A DNA stretch of 64,000 bases from Chiloscyllium plagiosum (lineage: Eukaryota), in assembly GCF_004010195.1 (NCBI RefSeq), contig NC_057751.1:4142961-4206960 (forward strand). Direction: 5' to 3'. A program made the position numbers and the translations under genes. Positions 25,788-38,056 of the stretch are shown one piece after another (position 1 is the stretch's first letter; each line of letters begins with the position of its first letter). The notes below the pieces were generated by a model. That model ran no database searches, was not told the origin of the DNA, and saw nothing but the letters and a program-made list of their open reading frames with translations.

Positions 25788-26115
25788 AGCGGTATGGTGG
25801 CTCAGTGGTCAGCACTGCTGCCTCACAGCTCCAGCGACCCAGCTTTGATTCCAGCCACGGGTGACTGTCTACGTGGAGTTTGCACATTCTCTCTGTCTCT
25901 GCATGGATTTCCTACAGGTGCTCTGGTTTCCTGCTACAATCCAGAGATGTGTAGGTGAGGTGAATTGGTCGTGTTAAATTGTCCACAGTGTTCAGGGATG
26001 TGTAGGTTGGGTGCATTAGGAGGGGAATGGGTCTGGGTGGGTTACTCTTCGGTGTGGACTTGGGCTGAAGGGTCTGTTTCCACACTCTATGGAATCTGTG
26101 ATCTTCTATGATCTA
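25788..26115 (+). mobile_element. HE1-type SINE (diverged)
   Basis: Head, V-domain and tail recognisable by similarity to the 18020 copy. Confidence 0.8.
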
Positions 26116-26280
26116 TAAAGTATGAACTTTGTTCTTCAGGCTGCTGGAGTGTTTTGCCTTGAGTCTGTCATATCTGCCCCAGTTTGGATTCAGGACAACC
26201 TATCACTCGAGGAATGTTCTGGAAATTAAGAAATTTGAGTTGTAGATTTCTACATGTTGCTCTAACTCTGTCGCTTTCTT

Positions 26281-26525
26281 TTAGATTAGATACCCTACAG
26301 TATGGAAACAGGCCCTTCGACCCAAAATGTCCACACCAACCTTCAGAAGAGCAACCCACCCAGGCCCATTCCCCTACCTTATATTTACCCCTGACTAATG
26401 CACCTAACACTATGGGCAACTTAGCATAGCCACTTCACCTGGCTTGCACATCTTTGGATTGTGGCAGGAACCAGAGCACCCAGAGGAAACCCACGCAAAC
26501 ACAGGAGAATGTGCAAATGCCACAG
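26281..26525 (-). mobile_element. HE1-type SINE, 5'-truncated
   Basis: Reverse complement of the V-domain and tail. Confidence 0.8.
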
Positions 26526-28351
26526 GTCTGTCAACTGTCAACATTTAGATTTGTGCCAATAACTGCTCATGGTCATCTCCATTTTTCGTTTCTCATTTCG
26601 GCAAGCACATATCAGCACAGGACTTGAAGTGCTTCTAAAGTAGTGAAACCATTGTGCAGAAGTACACGCTTGGCTGCAGAAGCTTGGATTTAAAGGCATG
26701 ACATTGGCATCTTTTCTGGCTTTGCCATGTTCTGGATTGCTGCACAAGCTAGTGAGTCAAACGTTTCGCCTCTTCTATGCAGTCTGCTGGAACAGTCTAC
26801 CCATCATGGTGGTGGGTAAGTGCCTAACTCAGTGAGTACCCCTCACCTGGTTAAATGTCATCAGTCAAAGCTGTTGCACATGGTGTGGCAGTTCCTGCAT
26901 CCAGGTGCCTCCTTGTCAGCACGTGAAGCAGTCAGGATGAGGTGGGGACAGAAGTGAGTAAGTTATTCAAATTACAAGAAGTCTCCTTGTTACAGAAACC
27001 ACCCCCCTAAAAAACCGAAATCACTTGGAGGAAAATGCGACCATCCAAGCCGATTGCAGCATTGAAAGGATGGGAAAAGTATGGGCAGAAATTGGGCATT
27101 CCATTCCATTTCCTTTAGTGTTTTTCCCATTTCTCTGAGCAGGAGCGACTGGAGATTGGGGTGAGGGTGAGGAACAAACCGCAGTCTGTATTGGAACTGA
27201 TGACTCAGGTTTCTGAATTCGTCACCTGAGCACGGTGATATTAGTGCACTGTGTGGGCAAGTTAGTGAGAAAATAGGAAACCTGACCGAATGTTCACACA
27301 GTTCCTCACCGTTTGTTCCATATTGAGGTTTGACTGCTTCGCCATTGGACAATTATCTGTCTTCCATTAGGCTGACTCTGATGACAGGGCAAGCTGACAG
27401 GTGAAGAAGAAGGTCTAATCTCCTCATATCTTTCATCACCTTTCAGAGCCTTTTACAGTCTGTTAAGGAAGTGTCATAGTGATCCAGTGAAATTTTACAA
27501 CCATTCTTCTGCTGCTTACTCTCTTATGTTATCTCCTTTGCCTTTAACTGTGTCTGTTATTGCCTTGCACCACTCCCTGTGGAGTCAGTTGTACATTCTC
27601 ATCCCTTTCTGATCATAAAAGGGAAGCAGGGAAATATCTGCTGAGTGCAGCGCTCACTGAGGGACAGAGGCGAAGGAGCTCCTGGTAAGCCCGGTGTGGT
27701 TTGCTTTGTCAAGTCTCTTTCCCTCCCACCACAGGGTGTAGGGGCAGAATGAAGCCATTCAGCCCATCAAGTCTGCTCCATCATTCAGTGAGATCATGCC
27801 TGATCTGATTATCCTCTACTCCACTATCTTGCCTTTTCCTCATAACCCTTGTTCCTTTCCTGATGAAAAATCTGTCTGCTTAATGACTCAGCTTCAACAT
27901 CCCTCTTTGGTAAAGAAATTCATCTCTCTTTTAAATATGTGACTTATTATGCTGGGATGATTCATTCTGGTCTGAAACTCTCCCACAAGTGGCAACAACT
28001 TTGCTGCATCTATCCTGCCTGTTCTCCAAAGAATTTGGTATATTTCAGTAAAGTCACCTCTCATTCTTCTGAATTCAAAAGAACACAGGCCCAATCTGCC
28101 CACCTTTCATCATGTCTCCACTCTCAAGATCTGTCTCATAACCCTGTTAACCACCAGTGATCAGAAATCTCTCAATCTCTACTCTGAACATCGTGTGTCG
28201 GATGAGTTGAAGAGTGACAATTGCAGAGAGAGCGAGCACAAACAAGTCAAGCCGAATGGTCTCCGCTGTGCTGTAGCTGTTTTTCTTTGGAATCCATTCT
28301 GTCTTGAGGAAAACATTTATAACCCTCATAAGGTAATTTCCTTTCCTGATG

Positions 28352-28829
28352 ATTTGGAGATGCTGATGATGGACTGGGGTGTACAAAGTTAAAAATCACA
28401 CAACACCAGGTTATAGTCCAACAGGTTTAATTGGAAGCACACTAGCTTTCGGAGCGACGTTCCTTCATCAGGTGATTGTGGAGGGCTCGATCGTAACACA
28501 GAATTTATAGCAAAAATTTGCAGTGTGATGTAACTGAAATTATACATTGAAAAATTGATTGTCTGTTAAGCCTTTCATCTGTTAGAATACAGTGATAGTT
28601 TCACTTCTTTCATGTGTAAATCACAAAACCCTTTTTTTAAAAAGTTGCATTCTCTGGTTAGCTGTTAACAATGGTGATAGCTAGACAATATGTTGAAGGT
28701 GTTGGCCCCCTGTGTTCTCTGTGTATGCCATGATGTTTAGATTGATTCTAATGTAAAAAGTGAGATAATGGAGTTTTACATGAATTCATGCAGTTTTTGA
28801 GCTCAGAGTTCTACATGAATGCATGCAGT
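28352..28829 (-). mobile_element. PLE family B insertion flanked by a 15-bp direct repeat
   Basis: TTTCCTTTCCTGATG at 28337-28351 and 28830-28844; internal hammerhead core; tail shared with copies at 16342, 37323 and 48315. Confidence 0.75.
28443..28471 (-). ncRNA. Minimal hammerhead core (PLE family B)
   Basis: Minus strand CAC-CTGATGA-A-GGAAC-GTC-GCTCC-GAAA-GCTA-GTG; palindromic AGCT; 3-bp stem I CAC/GTG. Confidence 0.58.
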
Positions 28830-30560
28830 TTTCCTTTCCTGATGTTTGCTTCTCCATGAGGTCAGTGAGCAAGTGAACCATGCGGATTGGCAGTGGTGTT
28901 TCTCAGCTTCAGACTGGAGAGCTTGCATTGGTCTCAGGAAAGGGAGGATTGGGACTGAGTTTTCTTCCGTTTGTAATCTGGCATCTGGAGTTTTGCAAGA
29001 CTCCTGGCCCTTAGCCCTGAGACTCTGGTCACCAGCAGCTGTTCATATCACATTGGCATACATTTTGCATGTTGACTTCAGTCCAGCTGGTTGTAATGTA
29101 ACTATGAAACATGTAGCCAATGAACTGCCCTTCAGTAAAGTCCAGAATCTGTTCTTTCATGATTGAGAGTTGGTACTTGGACGAATACTCAGTTACTGCC
29201 TGATTTATGCAGTGAGGTCATATTCCAGGAAGCAGTGAATAATGAAGGAGAAACAGACCAGAAAGTTAGGGGGAAGGTGATGGTTAATTTTCCTTGTTCA
29301 TCTTCCCTGGATTGTCATAATCCAAGATGATTTTTGAATGGTCTCTAGCCAGGATCACCATGTGTCACTCTCGGAATTGGAGGAGCGAAGACCCATCCTT
29401 TTGATTCAGCTTTTGGACTTGTTCAGAAATGCCCTATTTCTCTGCTCAAAAAATGATAACAAAGGTATAACCTGAAGAATAATTGAGACGGTGATCTTGT
29501 GTCCTGAGCTGACTGCAATAAATAATGTCACCCAAAATCGCCAAATGGTGAAGCAGAAAATCAATCATTGTCTCACTATTTTGAACACATTCACCAAGAA
29601 TGCAGTTGTTAAGGTGCTGATCAAGATGTACTTCACTGAATAAAGTCATCAGCTGTGACAACTCACTCCATTCATATGCTCTGTCAAATAGTTGATCAGC
29701 TTAGCCTTTGTGTTGGGCGGGTTCAGTCTTGTTACCATTTGAGACATTCCTCCGCCTCAAACAGCTAAATCCACACAACAGCTTTGAACAGGAATTATCC
29801 AGCGTAGCAGTGATGGTGTCTCAAGGTTTGGACCAGGAGGCCCAGGTTCAAGTCCCACTTGTTCTATAGGTGCGTGATAACAACAAACCAACAGGTTGAT
29901 TGTAGAATATGTGCGTCCAGAACGTCTGCCACGTGTCGCTTATGAATAGCAGTGTTCACACTGATGCTTGACGTTCAGACTTGACCTTGCAACAGCGGGT
30001 CAAAAATGCCAGCATCATCCTGATAACATAAGAACTTTATTTGAGACAAGGCTGTAATTTACTGGTTACTGTACGAATCCACACAAAGCTGAAAAGATGT
30101 CTCCTCCAAAGGAAATAGATGTTGGTTCACTGAACGCGTGATACAGACATTAGGTTAATAAAACATAGAAATGCCATATTCTAATGCGATATCTTCGTAG
30201 GAGAATAAATTGCAAGGCTCAATAATAAGAGAAGATAGCTAACACTTATTTCTCCTAAAGAGTCACAAACTTCATCCTCTACTTTGTGCACATATAAACT
30301 TTGAAAGGAAAACAGGACTGTCCATCAAACATTAAAGAAACGTAACCTTGGTTCCTGAAAGTGAAACGTCATTAGGTTAAGAATGAATCTGAAGTGGAGA
30401 TGATAGAATCCAATCATTTATGTTAAGACATTTAGAATGAATTTCTAGTGTTGCATAATTAGAATGTGGCATGAAAGATAGTAATTGGGTCAAGAACAAG
30501 CCATCTATAATCTTTATCACATACTTAGCGAAATTTCTTTCTTCTTATAATTAGAATAAC

Positions 30561-31682
30561 CCTTCCATTTCCAAGAAACAATTTATCATTGAAACCCTAG
30601 CATTGAGCTGCAGTCAAGTTTGTCAATATGTTTGTTTAAAATACTTTATTCAGTAAGATTATTAGACTTGGAATGTAGCATTCCATTATCAGTCTATGGT
30701 TGTACCTGGCTGAATTACTATTATACTGGATAGTGAGTTGTCATCACAAGGATTCCAGAACAGAAGTTTTTAGATGTGTCCGATCTTTGGCAGGAATTTA
30801 ACATTGCGAAAGGAGTTGAAAATGTCATGCTACCTCATCTCGTCTTTAGAAAAATGCAGCTTGCTGTTTTGGTTTACGAGAAATGTCACTGAAGTTAATT
30901 TCTCATATCCATCCCAAATATTTTAGCCCTTGTTCCTTCACAGTCGGTAAAGGCAGGACTCAAAGACTGCCATTGGCACTTGTTGTGCTCCTTAAATCCT
31001 CCAACCTCTGAGAGTTGGCCTCGAGTTTATATTCAGCTGCATGTGGGCAAACCAGGTAACCATTCCATCCCCCATGAGTCACCAGTGAAAGGGTGTCAAC
31101 AAACACCCACCAGCCACTGGCACAGAATTACCCCAACGCCTTATTCCTAACCCCATAAAGGCAAAAATCCTGACCCTCCTCTCAAGGCATGTTTTAAAAC
31201 AAAAAGTAAATGCTAGTCACTTTTCTTTATTAGAGATGTATTTAAAATCAGTCAGCTGTTAGCTGAGGTGGATTGTGAATGTCTTAGAACTGAGTACCAG
31301 TGAAGAAGCTAAATTTGTTTCATAAAGTTTATTTTGACAAATAAACATATCAGGCAAAAGATCTTATTGTCATGCAAACATTCCTTCCATTTCCAGGAAA
31401 CAATTCATTGTTGAAAAGCTAGGGTTATGCCACAGTCAGGTTTGTCAATATATTTGGTTAAAATACTATATTCAGTAAGACTGTCAGACTTGGAATGAAG
31501 CATTCCATTATCAGTCAATGGTTTTACTTAGCTGACTTACTGTTGTACTGCATTGTGAGTTGTCATCATACGGATCCCCACAACAGAGGTTTTTAGATGT
31601 GTATGATCTTTGTCAGCAATTTCACATTGTTGCAAAAGGAGTAGACAATGTAATGCTTCCTCATCTTGTCTTTAGAAGAATT
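30561..31682 (+). repeat. Diverged ~295-bp direct duplication (30561-30855 and 31383-31682)
   Basis: Colinear alignment by eye from ccttccatttcca to gtctttaga, with scattered substitutions and small indels. Confidence 0.9.
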
Positions 31683-34600
31683 CGACAAATATTGTTGCTT
31701 AACCCTTTGCCTCTTTGGTTACCACTGCACCCAGCACTGTTTTCAACTGGGTATATCTTCTCCCAGCCTTTGCTTCCCTGTGAAATTTCAGAGTTGTCTT
31801 CAGATAAAGTGCAGTCTTGGATGGAGGCTGAGCAGCTGAAGGTCAGGTGAAAGTTCATTCTTCACCGGTGGATGCGTGACCCGAAGGACGTCCAACAAAC
31901 TGTTCTGATTTCAAATTTCCTGCATCCGCACTACTTTCCTTTGCCAACGAGCAATTGACATCACCCTGTTATTTAGTCCAATCATGTTGCAAGGCAAATG
32001 CCACAGGGAGTGGCAGAAGAAATTGTACCTTGACGCAAACAATCCTTGACTTTGCCCATCCGTTTTTAAAAATCCTTTCAAGGGGATGTGTGGATCACTG
32101 GCTAGACCAGCATTTATTGCTAATTTCTAATTGGTCTGTTTTACACAAATTAAAAACAATCTGTTTTCTGTGCAATTTTGTGAAGCTCTGCATGTTAGGA
32201 GACAATGCATAATTACCAAAAAACACAATGTCATGCCAAATGCGTTGTGCTAAAGATGGGACACAGCGTTGTCTGCACAGAAGTTTGATCAATAATTGGC
32301 ACATGATTCTTGCATAACCCATTCTCTGCAAATTATATGTCCTCTTTCATCAGGCTTCTTCCAAATGCTGTTGGTCTCACAATCATCCCTTTGCAACCCC
32401 ATTGTGTTCTGTCTTCAAGTGGACACGAATGTTTGAATTATGACAGATGAGGGATAACTATGACCAAAACCTTCACCTGTACAGTCCTGGTAACAGAAGA
32501 AAAGGAGATAACTGCTAACTTGACAGTGAAGCCTTTTGAGATTCTCACAATCAGAGGATGCTACATTCCTTGTTGGGAGAAATAGTTCTGTTTTGCCAGA
32601 TGTGATCATGTTTTGTCTTGGAATATTATCTAGAAATGGATAATATTTCTGGTAACCTTGAGTTCATGCTTGTTTGTTCAAGATTAGTTTGAATGAGTGC
32701 CCAGTTTTCCACTAACTCTTGGCTCACATAGCAAACATTCAATGAGCTTTATTGTTAACAAGGACAGAGATCATTGGGCAGAGGGCACAAATATACCACA
32801 GATGACTTTAGTCAATCAAAGTTCGATCCAGGCCATTGATGTTTGTTTTCATTTGGAAACACTCAGTCAATGCTCTGTAATGTCATCGGCTTCAGAATCT
32901 TGGAAGAGAGGTTTGGTTATTTTCTGATGTTTGCATTGGTTTTCATGATTCCCCATCCCCTCCTGTCATCTATGCCCCATCACAATGAAGTAGTCTTTCT
33001 CCATGGCCACCATATGGAATAACAGAGCAGGAACACGATCAAAACATTCAGGCGAAAGATAAAGTCGAACCCCTGATCAGTACTGTGCTGATGCTGTTCA
33101 TGCACAGACACTCACTATTCACCTTCCTGATGAAAAGACTCTGTGTTCACAAGAAGATCCTTGCACACTTTGCAGAACATACCTTTTGGTAGTATGATTA
33201 TGCTCAGTCCTACAGCCTAAAATATTGGTCAATCACACTAATTATGGGCTGTCTTTGAGTCCAGTTTTCACACTGTATCACTGGCCTCCATGATGCAACA
33301 TAAAATTGTCATGCTGCAAAAAGATGCTTGCAATTGGCAGTATTTTACTTTCCACAGAGCACAGCCAAAAGCTGATAACCTTGATTAAGGCTTGGAATTG
33401 AAGCAGCTAAATTATGAGAGAGAGAGATTGTGCGCTTGTCTGTGTAAAACTTCTGAAGTAACTTAGCTGGAGGCAGTGAGAGCTGGACTGCACTCAGGCC
33501 TGAGCTGCTCAGTGGCAAGTGTCATTTGCACCACATTGCCAGATAATTATGAACAGGAGAGAGCCTGACCATTCTTTTATTCCTTTCAAATCCCGCGCCA
33601 TTAGCATTCAGGGGTCACTATTTACAGGAAACTTAACTTAATTGACCAAATAGATTCTGTGGCTGCAAGATCAGGTCGAAAACAGGACAGTCTTGAGGTA
33701 TTTAGCTATCCTTTTGACTCTTCAAAGCCTGCCCACCATTTACAAGGTACAAGTCAGGAGGAGTGCCCAAAGGAGTGCAGCTCTGGAAGTACTCCAGAAG
33801 ATTGGCAGGATAAAGCAGCCTGTTTGGTGCTCCATACCCCACTGTAAAGTTTCAGTCCCTCCACCACTGACACTCAGCAGTGGTGAATGCCATGCACAAG
33901 GTAGACTGCAGACATTCACCAAGGTCTCAGCTGGCACCTTCCAAACCCATGACCCTTGCCATCTGGAAGGACAATGGCAGCAGGTGCGTGGGTGTGCACC
34001 GTCGCTTGCAAATTTCCTTTCTGACCTGCAACTGTATCACTGTTCCTTCAGCGTCATTCGGTCAAAACTCTGGGGATTAGTCCCTAATTGTATCAAGGAT
34101 GCCTACATAATATGGACTGCAGCAGTTCAATAGGTCATGTTACCATCTTTTTAATCCCGGACGAGAAATAAATGCTGGTCTTGCCAGCGATTTCCACATC
34201 CCATGAGTGAATTTTGTAGTTTCTGCTCCTGAAAACATTGGTTAAGGCTGAGAGGCCTGATGTATCTGTCACACCTGTCTTGGTGAAACCCTTGTAATTC
34301 AGACTTCATGCCAGTGGGTTAGTTGCAATCAGGATGCCTAAGTCAGTTTTGTAAGTCTGAGTTGTGCAATCATTGTCATCGAGTCGTACAGCATGGAAAC
34401 AAACCCTTCATTCCAAATCATCCATGCTGACCCGACAATCTGACCCATATCCCTCTCAACCTTTTCTGTTCATGTACCCATCCAGACATCTTTTAAATGT
34501 AATAGTCCTCTTCCTATGACATCTGATTCCAAACACGCAACACCCTCCGTGTGAAAAGGTTTGCGCTCGCATCCTTTTTAAATCTTTCCCCTCTCACCTT

Positions 34601-35013
34601 CAACCTACGCCCTCTGGTTGTAGAGTCCACAACCCTCGGAAAAAGATCTTGGCTGCTCCCCCTCTCCATGCCCCTGATGATTTTATAAACCTCAATAAGA
34701 TTGCTGCTCCGCGTCCCTGGGGCTCCAGGGAAAAAAGCCCCAGCCTCTACTTGTACTGTTGGCCAGGCTTGCCTCACTGATTGCTGACAAAAGGTTGGTT
34801 TCATCTAATTTCCCTCATCTGTTTGTGTGCTTTTGCTGAAACTGGCAGGAAAATGAACATAAGCGTTCAAGGCAGGAGAAGTCCATTTGATTCCATGCCT
34901 ACTCTACCATTCAATAAAATGACGGCTGGTCTGATTTGTTGTCTCAACTTCGCAGTTTCACCTACCTATTAGGCATCCCCCCCACCACCCCCCCAAGAAA
35001 AGTCAGGCGAGAA

Positions 35014-35226
35014 TCTTCTCTCCGTGTCTGCGTGGGTTTCCTCCGGGTGCTCCGGTTTCCTCCCACATTCCAAAGATGTGCAGGTCAGGTGATTTGGCCA
35101 TGGTAAGTTGCCCATAGTGTTAGGTGCATTCGTCGGAGGGAAACGGGTCTGGGTGGTTACTCTTCAGAGGGTTGGTGTGGACTAGTTGGGCCTGTTTCTG
35201 CACTGTAGGGAATCTAATCTAATCTA
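35014..35226 (+). mobile_element. HE1-type SINE, 5'-truncated
   Basis: V-domain and aatctaatctaatct tail. Confidence 0.8.
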
Positions 35227-35956
35227 AAAAAAATCTACCTCCATTTTAAAAATATTTAGGAACCCGACCTTCACTGAATTCTGGGCAAGTGTTCCAAAGA
35301 TTGCAACAGTCTGGGAAAAATTAAATATCCTCCTCCCCCTGATTTTTATATTGATTCCCCCAGTTCTTATCTTTCCCATGACATGTGTCAGGCTCTCACC
35401 ATCTTCCTTGTCCAAGCCCTCTCAGGGTCTTGTATGTACCATAAAGATTTTGATTTGATTTAGATTTATTGTCACCTGTAAATAAAAAAAATACAGTGAA
35501 AAGTGTATTTTCACATGTTGTCCGCAAGAATATCTTTTGTTCTGGTGTAGGGGAGGGTTAATTGAGAAAGAATCCAGAAACGAAACCAAGCCAGAGTAGA
35601 CAGAATTGAGCCCAAAACAAGAAAGACCTTGAAGTGCTAATGAGAAGTAGCATTTGAAGTAACGGGCCTTGGATTGTTACAAAGATTTTTTTTTAATATG
35701 CATGGTTTCAAATGACCTGATAAATATTCAGTCTTGTCAGAAATTTATAGTTGGAAATCACTTCACTCTCCAATCCCAGTGATGATGACAGTTCAGGCCA
35801 GAATCCTGCCTGGATTATTCTGCTTTCTTGCAAACAAAAGAAAACTTGAGCAGTTGTGTCATCCCTTGGTGCAGCACAACCTGACGAGTCTGTAATGCCT
35901 GCACAATTGGGACAAATATTATTTGTTCTGACAGCTGCGTTGCTGTTCTGTTGCAG

Positions 35957-36130
35957 GTACCCGCATTATTTATGACCGTAAATTCCTTATGGAATGCCGC
36001 AACTCTCCAGTTGCCAAGACTCCTCCACGTGATCTTCCAAACATTCCGGGTGTCACAAGTCCAAATGCAACAGAGAAGGTGAAACCAGCGACAAACCATG
36101 TGAACAGTCACGAGGAGAAGGCAGCTGGTG
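35957..36130 (+). CDS. EIF4EBP1: eIF4E-binding protein 1, coding exon 2
   Basis: ttgcag|GT acceptor; (G)[57 protein letters not shown]. Contains the YDRKFLM eIF4E-binding motif; [18 protein letters not shown] is 4E-BP1-type. G|gtaagt donor. Confidence 0.96.
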
Positions 36131-37322
36131 GTAAGTTACAGGAGCCAGCGTGTTGGGGAGAATTTCAGTGGAGGTCACATTGCAGAGTCCAAATGTGTTA
36201 GTGTAATCCACTTAACACCAGCGCTGTTATTGTGGGTTCAGGCCATCCAAACTTAAGGTGTCACTTTGTGCTGTCTTGTTGGTGGTTGACTGTCTCTTTA
36301 TTCATGGACAAGTCTGATTAGGGTCTAGACATTTTCTGTTACGGGCAGGTTCTTGATTCATCAGATCTTTGGGCATGTGAAGGTGTGGTGTCCCATAAAG
36401 TAATGGCATCCAGAATGTCGAGGTTGCTTCCTTCACTTGGCTACTATTACATTGCTCTCCCAGGTCATTAAGACGTTGTGATACACTTGGTGTCACCATT
36501 ATAAAATCTTTGGTAGCTCGCTCCTCATTGCCCTGAAAGTCAGTGGTGCCACACATGAAGGGAAGTTTCACCATGTCTTTGTGGTGATGGTTTTGTCCTT
36601 GTCCTTGTTTGGAATCCTGGTCATGTAAAATTCAGGCAAACAGAACCTGGTGGCCAAGACTCTACTTTTCCCCTCAGTACACAGAGGATTCCAACAGCTG
36701 AGTGCCAGCAGCTTCCAAAACAGAAGTCATTGATTCGGCATGCCAGTCAATCTGGGTGAAACCTCAGCGGGACTTTGGAGCAGCTGCACAATTTAAAAGG
36801 AACTTAGCTGGAAAGGGGAGACGCTTTGCATCCCTTCCGTACCAGTCTGCTGTCCATTGTACCTGATTTGACAGGAGTGTTGTCTGAATGTTTCATGATC
36901 TGGCTTCAGTAAGGACATTCAGCTTTAGATGATGTTCCTCCTGTTGAATGCTGTGAATTGCTGGTGCAATTTCTTCAGTACTCAGGTGTCACTGCCACAC
37001 AGTCCAGGTTTCTCTGCAGTGCAGAAGTGTTGGGGCACCACATGGACCTCTCATGTTAATGGGCTAACAAAGGAGGAAAGTCAGTGTGGCTTATAATCCC
37101 AATGCCCGTATGGTCAAGCAACTGTGTTTCCTTATTTTTAAATAAATGCTCTGCCTGTTTGGTCAAAGTTAAAAATCACACAACTCCAGGATACTGATTG
37201 AGGATGATCAGCCATGATCATAATGAATGGTGGTGCTGGATCGAAGGGCAGAATGGCCTACTCCTGCGTCTGTTGTCTATAGTCCAACAAGTTTATTTGG
37301 AAGTACAGGCTTTCACAGCTAC

Positions 37323-37351
37323 CTGATGAAGGAGCAATGTTCCGAAAGCTT
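37323..37351 (+). ncRNA. Minimal hammerhead core (PLE family B), in EIF4EBP1 intron 2, sense orientation
   Basis: TAC-CTGATGA-A-GGAGC-AAT-GTTCC-GAAA-GCTT-GTA; stem I TAC/GTA. Confidence 0.55.
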
Positions 37352-37623
37352 GTATTTCCGAACATAACCTGGCGTTGTGGGATTTTTAATTTTGTCCACC
37401 CCAGCCCAACACTGGTTCCTCCACATTAAGTTTTGTCGAGGCAAGTTTAAAGTGAGGAACGAGTTGTTGGAAGTGATTCCCTCTCAAAAGTGAATCTTGC
37501 CTGAATGATTGGGTTGGGAGGTGGGGACAAATGCAGGGCCAGGCAACAACCACCACCAAATTGTTGCTTGAACCTTTTGCGTCATTAGAAGTTCTAAACA
37601 GTTTTTGTATTCTGCCTTATCAG

Positions 37624-37655
37624 GAGATGATGCCCAGTTTGAGATGGACATTTAA
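37624..37655 (+). CDS. EIF4EBP1: eIF4E-binding protein 1, coding exon 3 (TOS motif)
   Basis: ccttatcag|GA acceptor; (G)DDAQFEMDI*, TAA at 37653-37655. The three exons sum to 345 nt = 114 aa + stop. Confidence 0.95.
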
Positions 37656-38050
37656 GGCGCACCACATGCTTTCCTTCAGAATGAGGAAGTTTGACCCTGG
37701 ATCCTCTTCAGTTGAGCTTATTGGTCAGCCCAGGTATTTCTCCAAGTCACCAGCTCTACTTCAAAATAAAAAAAAAATGCAAGGTTCTCCTGCCACCGAT
37801 GGATCTGGCTACAGACAATAACCTGTTCTGCAAATACTGTGAAAAGTATTGAGTGCCATGTGAGATACATGGGAGAATATCCACTGATCTCACTGGCGAC
37901 AGCCATTGTAAAGCTGGGGCACCTCTCAGGTTCTTGATCTCTTTAACCTGCCTTGAAAAATTGTACGCCTTTAATAAATCAAGGTGAAAGGTAATCCCTT
38001 TCAAGATGTAATTTTTGGAGGGAAGACAGAGCAAAAGAGAGAACCAACAA

Positions 38051-38056
38051 AATAAA
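38051..38056 (+). terminator. Probable EIF4EBP1 polyadenylation signal
   Basis: AATAAA followed ~15-30 nt later by a T/GT-rich tract (ttttacgttgttgtgtcttg). Other AATAAA hexamers occur at 37765 and 37973. Confidence 0.55.

Noticed and set aside
31533..31535. TGA shared by both duplicate copies as possible selenocysteine codon
   Set aside because: The substitution pattern at this point favours a different frame (GCT GAC/GAA), and no SECIS-like element was seen.
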